From assembly GCA_027460535.1 (NCBI GenBank), contig JAPZAR010000010.1, positions 30,001 to 62,000 on the forward strand: DNA of 32,000 bases. The letters are read 5' to 3'. This document shows positions 25,842-32,000 of this stretch, one piece after another (position 1 is the first letter of the stretch; each line of letters begins with the position of its first letter). A program made the position numbers and the translations under genes. Source of the DNA: Candidatus Methanoperedens sp. (GTDB taxonomy: Archaea > Halobacteriota > Methanosarcinia > Methanosarcinales > Methanoperedenaceae). The notes under the pieces are model-generated. The model was given only the letters and a program-made list of their open reading frames with translations. It searched no databases and had not been told where the DNA came from.

Positions 25842-25976
25842 CGATTCACCATTATCGTTTTCCTATTAATGACATCATTTTCGGATACATTTATAGAACG
25901 TGTAGAATTGTCATATTTCAATTCGTAGCCTTAAACATTTGCGTTTCATAATGCTATTGCATTTTAATAAAATTCA

Positions 25977-27443
25977 TTACTTAATTAATTTTTTTATCGA
26001 TATCGCCAGAATAAGTCCCATAATGCCAATCAGAAAATAGAATCCCGGTATTCTAGCCGGTGGTGTTTTCTCAGGTACTTCACTGCCGAGATATGTGATC
26101 GTCCTTTTCTCTGTTCTGATATTACCAGCTTTATCTACCGCCACTATAGTTATTATATTAGTGCCGTTTGAAAGGGTAATTACAGAATTCCAGTTATTTG
26201 TCCCGGCGTTCACCCCATTGACCGTCACTAACAGGATGCCACTTGCATCTTCCGCCGTACCCGATATAGAAAATTTATCGGAAGTAACATTTGAAGGTAT
26301 GGGATTGATTCTTAGGACTGGGGGGGTGGTATCCGGTGGCAATGTGGGAGCAACGGTGGGGGTCTCGGGTATCGGAGCTCCGAATGCATACACGTACCCA
26401 TCCCGTGCTGTGGCAAATAACATGTTATCCGATAGGGCCAGGGCGATTACCCCGCTTCCTATCATATATTTATCCATTAATGTCCCATCTGCCGCATCCA
26501 GAGCATATACTGTCCCGTCTTTTGATCCTGCATATACTATTCCCTGCGTTACTACGGGAGACGATTCGACCCGGTCAGAAGTCTTAAATTTCCAGAGCCA
26601 GTCCCCGTTGTCGGCATTCAGCGCATAAAATGTATTATCATTCGATCCTACATATACAGAATTCTCAAGAACAGCAGGTGAGGATCTGACCCAATCATTT
26701 GTTTTCTTGCTCCATTTCAATTCTCCGCTGCTGGAATCTATGGCGTAAATGTTATTATCGTTTGATCCCACATACAAAACGCCGTTCATTACAGAAGGTG
26801 AAGAAAAGACACTTCCACCCGTCTTGTATTTCCACCTGAGATTATTTCCAGCATCCAGAGCATATATGTTATTATCATTTGAACCGACGTAGAGTAACCC
26901 CTGGGCTATTGCAGGTGAGGATTCAACAAAGCCTTGAGTTGAATATTTCCACTTTAAACTTCCATTAATAATGTAAATTGCATAGATGTTCCTGTCAAAG
27001 CCGCCATAAAGAATATTATTATAGGAAATTGGCGGTGAAGCAGAGCTGCTTCCTGTATTATATTTCCATTTAAGGTTCCCGCTATAATCCAGAGCATAAA
27101 TATAATTGTCAAAAGAAGGTGCGAATACGATTCCATTCCTGGCTGCCGGGGTATAAATCTTTCCAAGACCTGGATATTTCCATTTCAATTTTCCCGATGC
27201 TGCGTTTATCGCGTACAGATTGTTGTCATCAGATCCTGCGAACAGGGTCCCGGAATCAATTATCGGCGCAGAGATATCAGAATCCCCTATTTCATATTTC
27301 CACCTTAATTCAAGGGGGACAGTTTGACCTTCCGAATATCCACTGTGCTGCAGGTCCCCACCAACATTCTGCCATTTGCCAGAAGAATTATAAGAAGAGA
27401 GGAGTATAAAAATTAATATCAAAACTGAAGGCCATTTTCGCAT
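25977..27443 (-). CDS. PQQ-like beta-propeller repeat protein with an Ig-like domain and PGF-CTERM sorting signal
   Basis: 488 aa with about 8 repeats of the type N(I/L)YA(I/L)D..(S/N)G.LKWKY. A Pro/Thr linker and a beta-rich domain follow. The C-terminus is ARIPGFYFLIGIMGLILAISIKKLIK, i.e. PGF, a TM helix and a basic tail. Confidence 0.85.
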   Translation of the reverse strand: MRKWPSVLILIFILLSSYNSSGKWQNVGGDLQHSGYSEGQTVPLELRWKYEIGDSDISAPIIDSGTLFAGSDDNNLYAINAASGKLKWKYPGLGKIYTPAARNGIVFAPSFDNYIYALDYSGNLKWKYNTGSSSASPPISYNNILYGGFDRNIYAIYIINGSLKWKYSTQGFVESSPAIAQGLLYVGSNDNNIYALDAGNNLRWKYKTGGSVFSSPSVMNGVLYVGSNDNNIYAIDSSSGELKWSKKTNDWVRSSPAVLENSVYVGSNDNTFYALNADNGDWLWKFKTSDRVESSPVVTQGIVYAGSKDGTVYALDAADGTLMDKYMIGSGVIALALSDNMLFATARDGYVYAFGAPIPETPTVAPTLPPDTTPPVLRINPIPSNVTSDKFSISGTAEDASGILLVTVNGVNAGTNNWNSVITLSNGTNIITIVAVDKAGNIRTEKRTITYLGSEVPEKTPPARIPGFYFLIGIMGLILAISIKKLIK

Positions 27444-27853
27444 GATTTTACTACATCATATCCTATTTTAAAACTATGCACGCAGGCATGCAGTCTTTAA
27501 TAATTAAATCTATCAGGCAGCGGAATAGCTCAAATCTTTGGATTGTATTTATTCGAGTATTGTAGTATAACATTTATAACAACCTTGCAGATTTATAGTA
27601 CATGCAATAAAGTATATGTAATTATGATTATGCTCATTATTATTAGTATCATAATTATTTTAATCATTTTAAAAATCGTTAACTATAAATACCGGAATAC
27701 AGTATACTAATTATACCCAAATTAAACCCAAATTTGGAGTAATGGATAGGATAGGAGTAAAAGCAAAAAAATGATGCAGACGTATTCTGTTCTTGAATTA
27801 CTGCTTTGGGAAGATGGGCTATATTAACAATAGATAGGAAGGATGAAAAAAAT
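27444..27853. promoter_or_regulatory. 410-bp AT-rich divergent intergenic (promoter) region
   Basis: It lies between the divergently transcribed propeller gene (-) and the pentaheme gene (+). It is very AT-rich with several TATA-like runs (tttataac, tttatagt, ctataaatacc). No convincing ORF is present. Confidence 0.4.
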
Positions 27854-29155
27854 ATGAATGCAAAATTTAGTTTAGCCTTAATTGCGTTAGTTGGAGTAGG
27901 CGTGTTCGCTCTGCCATCCACGATGGCATTGTTCGCAGGGCAGCACTCATTCTACAACATCGACGCAACAGGCAATCAGGTACCGTGTCAGAAATGCCAC
28001 GGTGACGTGAAAGCAGAATTGAGCAGTGGAGCTTCAGCGACCACAGGCACCCCAGGACCCCACGCAAATTTCAAATGCGAATATTGCCACAGGGCTGAGG
28101 CAGGCGCAGCAAGCGGTGACGATGCATCAGCAGAGATCAGTTATAGGGCAGTGGCCCCGGATACTGGGAGTATTAAACTCGTAACTACAGTGCAGAATTT
28201 CGAGAGAGGGAACTTCCCCAAGAATATCACTTATAGGACTGGCATGACCGTGGACAACTGGAATGCGACACCTTCAGATATACAAAATCTGGACGGCTCA
28301 AATTTCAATGACCAGTTAGCATACCGGGATAACAGTGCTAAGTACAGGGGCAGCCTGACCACCTTTGGTACCAATGGTGTAAAATACAGCTATTCCGGCT
28401 CCTCTGAAGTAGGACTTCGGCCTAACGGAGTGCCGAAAGATACACAACTGACGACGCAGAACACGGCGTTCAATCCAAGAGCGGTAAATTTCACTGGAGT
28501 GACGACTGCAAACTATGATTTCGCAGGTTCAAGAGAAGTCACACCGGGTTCACAGTACCATGCAGCATCTCTCGTCTCATGCCTGGAATGCCATGGCGGA
28601 GAAAAGGAAACGGGTATTGCAGGATACGAGATCGAAAGCGGACCTCCCTATAAACACGAGTCATGGCTACTTAACGGCGAAGGCGGAAGCAGCTGCAATG
28701 ACTGCCACTATGGTGGAAGTGCACTGAGGGAGCGGAATCTCGCTGCAGGTGGATTCGGCTTGACCCCATATGGCAACGACACCGGCGCAATAGAAGCCCA
28801 TAATGCCTTCGTGAAGACGGATGACGGCCTTGACAGGTTCGGCTACGGCGCATCCAATGGCGCATGCATCGCATGCCATACGCACGTTGCAGTGGACATC
28901 ACCTTCCAGAAGGGCTACACGCTATCCTTTGACGCAATCGAGAACTCAGGTACATACAGCGTTGGCAACTTCGCTGTCGGAGGACAGGTCAATGTCGAAA
29001 TATACGGCAATGGCTCAGGCCAGACATTCGCAACCGGCAACAAGACCTATACCTGGACGCCAAGCAGTACGCTGTATCTTAATGGAAACAGTACACAGGT
29101 CAGCGGTCTAAATGGAGATAATAACGACACTGCAGCAGCTTTAACATCCCCGTAA
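27854..29155 (+). CDS. pentaheme c-type cytochrome, LFxGQH family (paralog C, with insertion)
   Basis: Contains CQKCH, CEYCH, CLECH, CNDCH and CIACH. I place the start at the ATG at 27854 (MNAKFSLALIALVGVGVFALPSTMA, then LFAGQHSFY), which matches the paralog N-termini. The track's 27806 start is a TTG. Confidence 0.9.
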   Translation: MNAKFSLALIALVGVGVFALPSTMALFAGQHSFYNIDATGNQVPCQKCHGDVKAELSSGASATTGTPGPHANFKCEYCHRAEAGAASGDDASAEISYRAVAPDTGSIKLVTTVQNFERGNFPKNITYRTGMTVDNWNATPSDIQNLDGSNFNDQLAYRDNSAKYRGSLTTFGTNGVKYSYSGSSEVGLRPNGVPKDTQLTTQNTAFNPRAVNFTGVTTANYDFAGSREVTPGSQYHAASLVSCLECHGGEKETGIAGYEIESGPPYKHESWLLNGEGGSSCNDCHYGGSALRERNLAAGGFGLTPYGNDTGAIEAHNAFVKTDDGLDRFGYGASNGACIACHTHVAVDITFQKGYTLSFDAIENSGTYSVGNFAVGGQVNVEIYGNGSGQTFATGNKTYTWTPSSTLYLNGNSTQVSGLNGDNNDTAAALTSP

Positions 29156-29158
29156 ATG

Positions 29159-29192
29159 AAATGGGTAACCCCCATTTCTCTTTTTCTTTTTT
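29159..29192 (+). terminator. hairpin plus T-run terminator
   Basis: The stem is aaatggg / cccattt with loop taacc. It is followed by ctctttttctttttt and starts 4 nt after the stop codon. Confidence 0.5.
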
Positions 29193-29310
29193 AGTTGCAT
29201 TTACTTGATTTATCGATACTCTTCTAATTATCACGATTAAAAATTCTTGATGCTTTTCATCCGGTGTAAACTTTATATACTTTAGTAACAAATATTACTT
29301 TTGTGATAGG

Positions 29311-29538
29311 ATGAAAGTAGTGAGAATAGAGGATACGGATAAGATCCACTTTGATAATCTCAAAGCGGATTTCAAGAACCGATTTTCGAAAGAGCCAGAC
29401 TGTGATGTGAAAGAGGTCAGCACATTAAAGGATTCATGTTTTTTGAATATTCTTCTTGAGGTCTGGAGAATGACCCCGTATGAAGAAGCTGTTAGGAAAC
29501 TTTCAGAATCTCAGGTGTTCAATAATTATAAAAAGTGA
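29311..29538 (+). CDS. hypothetical small cytoplasmic protein
   Basis: 75-aa ORF ending 6 nt before the hexaheme gene start. It has no signal peptide, and I recognise no family. Confidence 0.4.
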   Translation: MKVVRIEDTDKIHFDNLKADFKNRFSKEPDCDVKEVSTLKDSCFLNILLEVWRMTPYEEAVRKLSESQVFNNYKK

Positions 29539-29544
29539 ATGTGA

Positions 29545-30147
29545 ATGAATAAAAACGCTGTATATCCCTGCCTTGTCTTAATCTCCGTTTTACTTACCGC
29601 AGGGGCCGTAAGTGCGGATATTCCGCCAGGGCATAAACCTATCCCATGCTTTGGATGTCATGCAGAGACGCTGAACGCTGATTACGGACCTGGTGAATGC
29701 GGGAACTGCCATGATTACATTCTGGGGGAAGGAGGAGGCTTCAATGTGCCTCTTCTGCAATCCCAGCATAACCCGAACATCTGTACAGCATGCCATATGG
29801 GGAATACACTGGTCAATGCAAGCGCAAGAGACATTTTCCACAACGGTCATAACGCAGTAGAATGCAAACAGTGCCATGAGACAGGGAACTCCACGATTGT
29901 GAAAATCCAGGGAATTGAAGAAAAAGGATATCCCTGCGTGGCATGCCATGGCAATCAGATTCATTCGATACATATAAAGAACCTGGATAAGATCTGCTCT
30001 ATATGTCACGGTTCATGGGCAAAAGACAAGGTTTATGCAGGCAACTCTGCCTCTTCTCCATCGAACAATTCTCAAAAGAACCTCGAAAAATTCACCATAT
30101 TCGATCTTATAAAAAACTTATTTAATGCTATATTTGGAATGATATAA
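29545..30147 (+). CDS. hexaheme c-type cytochrome (paralog of 23528..24196)
   Basis: 200 aa with CFGCH, CGNCH, CTACH, CKQCH, CVACH and CSICH. The signal peptide ends in VSA. The C-terminal helix is FTIFDLIKNLFNAIFGMI. Confidence 0.9.
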   Translation: MNKNAVYPCLVLISVLLTAGAVSADIPPGHKPIPCFGCHAETLNADYGPGECGNCHDYILGEGGGFNVPLLQSQHNPNICTACHMGNTLVNASARDIFHNGHNAVECKQCHETGNSTIVKIQGIEEKGYPCVACHGNQIHSIHIKNLDKICSICHGSWAKDKVYAGNSASSPSNNSQKNLEKFTIFDLIKNLFNAIFGMI

Positions 30148-30222
30148 ATGCACCAGGAAAAAAACTTTAAATACAAAATTTTACTGCTGATACTTTCAGT
30201 ATATGGATAGGAGCGAATGTAA

Positions 30223-30684
30223 ATGGATAAGAAAAAAATCTTAAAATACACAGTGGTAGTGCTGTTGATACTTTCGGTATCAGGGTATTACCTATACCAG
30301 CATGCTTTAGATATCGGCCTGGAAAAACCAGCACTTGTACTGACGGTCTCTACGAATCTGACAGATAAGGGTACCCCAATAATCAACAATGTCACATTCG
30401 AGGAATCCAGTGTGATGTTCTTCTATAAGAGAGCGGATACGCCTGCGAATTTCCCGGAAATAGACGCTAACGCCCGAATCAATAAGCTTGCCGCAATTCC
30501 TGCGAGCTTTTGGGCTTCAATTCATCGCCCAAGCGAAGGCGTGTATACCCTGAGGATGTTCTTCAGGGACGGTATGGAACCTAAAAAAGGCGATGTCCTG
30601 ATCATACCGATCCGCCTTGTAAGCCATACGGGAGCCATCCAGTACAAAACAACAGCTTTCTATTGCTGGAGTTGTGAGGAATGA
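30223..30684 (+). CDS. small N-terminally anchored protein of unknown function (paralog of 23095..23523)
   Basis: 153 aa with an N-terminal TM helix (ILKYTVVVLLILSVSGYYLY) and no lipobox Cys. The C-terminal half aligns with 23095..23523. Confidence 0.65.
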   Translation: MDKKKILKYTVVVLLILSVSGYYLYQHALDIGLEKPALVLTVSTNLTDKGTPIINNVTFEESSVMFFYKRADTPANFPEIDANARINKLAAIPASFWASIHRPSEGVYTLRMFFRDGMEPKKGDVLIIPIRLVSHTGAIQYKTTAFYCWSCEE

Positions 30685-30685
30685 G

Positions 30686-31645
30686 ATGAAACTGATGTGG
30701 GTATTGCTTGCGCTGGGCGGGATTTCATTATGGGTTATTCCCAATACCCTTTCCCTCTTCAGCGGAGGGCATGCCTACTATAACATTGATGCCAATGGTT
30801 CACAGGTCCCATGCCAGAAATGCCATGGGGATATCCAGATAGAGATCCATACGGGCTCCATACATTCCAATTTTACATGTGCCGACTGCCACCGCGTCCA
30901 GAATGGCGTACAGTACGCAAGCGGCGACGATGCATACGAGCGGCTCATATATATCAACGTGACCGGGCCGACGAACATAGGGAACAGGGTTCTTGCAACA
31001 ACGCTGGGGAATTTCCAGAGAGGTAATTTCCCAAAATCAATAATCGGTGAAACTATGATCGACCAGTGGGCAGTCTCCGGAAATGACGAGGTGCAGTTCC
31101 GGGATGCAAATAATCAATATGCTGGCGCCATGACACCCGGCGAAACAGGCATATTATACAACTACGCATATGCAGAAGAGATAAGCACGTATTTTAATGG
31201 AACACCAAAAGACACAGACCTTTTCACCCAACAAAATATGCTTGACCCAAGATTGATTACTGTGAACCCGAACCGTTTGGGTTCGGACGATCTCATAGGC
31301 GCGGGGTCCAGAGTGGTTACACCCGGGACATTGGCCCATGCAGCATCGACTATCCTGTGCGAAGAGTGTCACTCAGATTATCTGGCCAAAATGCCTGACA
31401 ATATACATGAAGCTTTCATCAAGTATGGTATGGAACACGATACAAACGAAAACTGCATCGCATGCCACACTTCAACAGCCGTATCAATTAACTGGACCCG
31501 TCCGAGCACACTGGGCATTGAAACAGGCTCTGATGGCTACAATATCACAATCAAGAAGACCTACTCGGCTTTCAATGAAAAACTTGAAACTTTTGGAAAT
31601 AAGGAAGGTAATGTTTTCGCAGTATCGAATGTGACAATAATATAA
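30686..31645 (+). CDS. tetraheme c-type cytochrome, LFxGQH family (paralog D, with insertion)
   Basis: Contains CQKCH, CADCH, CEECH and CIACH. I place the start at the ATG at 30686 (MKLMWVLLALGGISLWVIPNTLS, then LFSGGHAYY), 2 nt after the upstream stop and preceded by GTGAGGA. The track's 30674 start is a GTG. Confidence 0.9.
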   Translation: MKLMWVLLALGGISLWVIPNTLSLFSGGHAYYNIDANGSQVPCQKCHGDIQIEIHTGSIHSNFTCADCHRVQNGVQYASGDDAYERLIYINVTGPTNIGNRVLATTLGNFQRGNFPKSIIGETMIDQWAVSGNDEVQFRDANNQYAGAMTPGETGILYNYAYAEEISTYFNGTPKDTDLFTQQNMLDPRLITVNPNRLGSDDLIGAGSRVVTPGTLAHAASTILCEECHSDYLAKMPDNIHEAFIKYGMEHDTNENCIACHTSTAVSINWTRPSTLGIETGSDGYNITIKKTYSAFNEKLETFGNKEGNVFAVSNVTII

Positions 31646-31706
31646 ATATTCAAGTGCTAATTATTTAAAAAATGTATAATAATAGAAATAAATTGTGTTC
31701 GATTGT

Positions 31707-32000
31707 ATGAAAAGAATTATCGTATTAATATTCACGCTAATGCTATTGTCGCAGACCGCATCAGCTCTGGGCGAGTTCAGGTTTGATTTTGCAACTTCGG
31801 TCGCTGGGGTTAGTAACTACACAAAGCACTGGTCAAATACCTATCCTCCCGATCCAAAAGCGGACATTATAATTTATTCAGCGGCCTATAATATGTCCTA
31901 CAAACGCATATCAGCTGTCACGTTCCTCTATACCGTCTATGATCCGTATGACAATGTCGTGAGCGTGCAAACGATAGACTCTTTCAAGCGCGGTTATGAC
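31707..32000 (+). CDS. secreted surface protein, 3'-truncated by the window edge (N-terminal domain paralogous to 16472..17842)
   Basis: My own translation is MKRIIVLIFTLMLLSQTASALGEFRFDF...HWSNTYPPDPKADIIIYSAAYNM...VTFLYTVYDPYDNVVSVQTID, open to nt 32000. It resembles HWNDRFPPGSILKIYAEANG...VDYVFIIRDSNNNIVDTAAYSD in the CARDB protein. It is absent from the ORF track because no stop codon falls inside the window. Confidence 0.6.
   Translation, partial: MKRIIVLIFTLMLLSQTASALGEFRFDFATSVAGVSNYTKHWSNTYPPDPKADIIIYSAAYNMSYKRISAVTFLYTVYDPYDNVVSVQTIDSFKRGYD

Noticed and set aside
27700-27760. Short direct repeat cccaaatt-aaa-cccaaattt in the long divergent spacer, a possible operator.
   Set aside because: It is a single short AT-rich repeat in an AT-rich region and cannot be told apart from chance by eye.
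27806-27853. N-terminal extensions given by the ORF track for 27806 (TTG), 30674 (GTG) and 12524 (GTG).
   Set aside because: In each case an in-frame ATG with a better Shine-Dalgarno sequence lies downstream. For the cytochromes, that ATG gives an N-terminus matching the paralogs' signal peptides.
1-32000. The window might derive from a Borg-like extrachromosomal element of Methanoperedens, since these can carry mcr and cytochrome clusters.
   Set aside because: Genes are spread over both strands. I see no perfect tandem direct repeats in genes or spacers. The core mcr/fwd genes look native. This cannot be excluded without the full contig, its GC content and coverage.
1-32000. Search for tRNA, rRNA, CRISPR arrays, transposases or integrases, and terminal inverted repeats.
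   Set aside because: I found none by eye. The intergenic regions are short or plainly AT-rich promoter-like sequence.

Overview
This window looks archaeal, from a methane-metabolising Methanosarcinales-type genome. The mix of genes fits an ANME-2d / 'Ca. Methanoperedens'-like organism, but that assignment is inference only. It splits into two parts.

(1) Positions 1-15,000 are core C1 metabolism. They hold an mcrB(partial)-D-G-A operon with a hairpin plus T-run terminator, and an fwdD-B-A-C formylmethanofuran dehydrogenase operon. Between the two operons lie a standalone DnaJ-type zinc-finger protein, a 723-aa B12-binding radical SAM enzyme with a C-terminal PqqD-like (RRE) domain, two small ORFs missing from the supplied track, an XPD/Rad3-type helicase and a hypothetical gene.

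(2) Positions 15,100-32,000 are a dense cell-envelope and multiheme c-type cytochrome island. I count 7 cytochromes carrying 39 canonical CXXCH motifs, plus one CXXCK and one shifted CXCH.
- The island contains a three-gene cassette: a 5/6-heme cytochrome with a C-terminal amphipathic helix, a small N-anchored protein, and a tetraheme cytochrome whose predicted mature N-terminus is LFxG[QG]H. The cassette occurs twice, in opposite orientation.
- One arm adds a second tandem tetraheme paralog, an embedded archaeal/ER-type signal peptidase I, a 517-aa cytochrome that reads as three fused tetraheme units, and a translationally coupled 6-TM protein.
- CARDB/DUF11-type surface proteins, a PQQ-like beta-propeller with a PGF-CTERM sorting signal, and a MinD/ParA ATPase with a membrane-tethered wHTH protein accompany it.

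I read the island as a candidate extracellular electron-transfer or cytochrome-polymer assembly module that I cannot match to a described system. No tRNA, rRNA, CRISPR array or IS element is visible.
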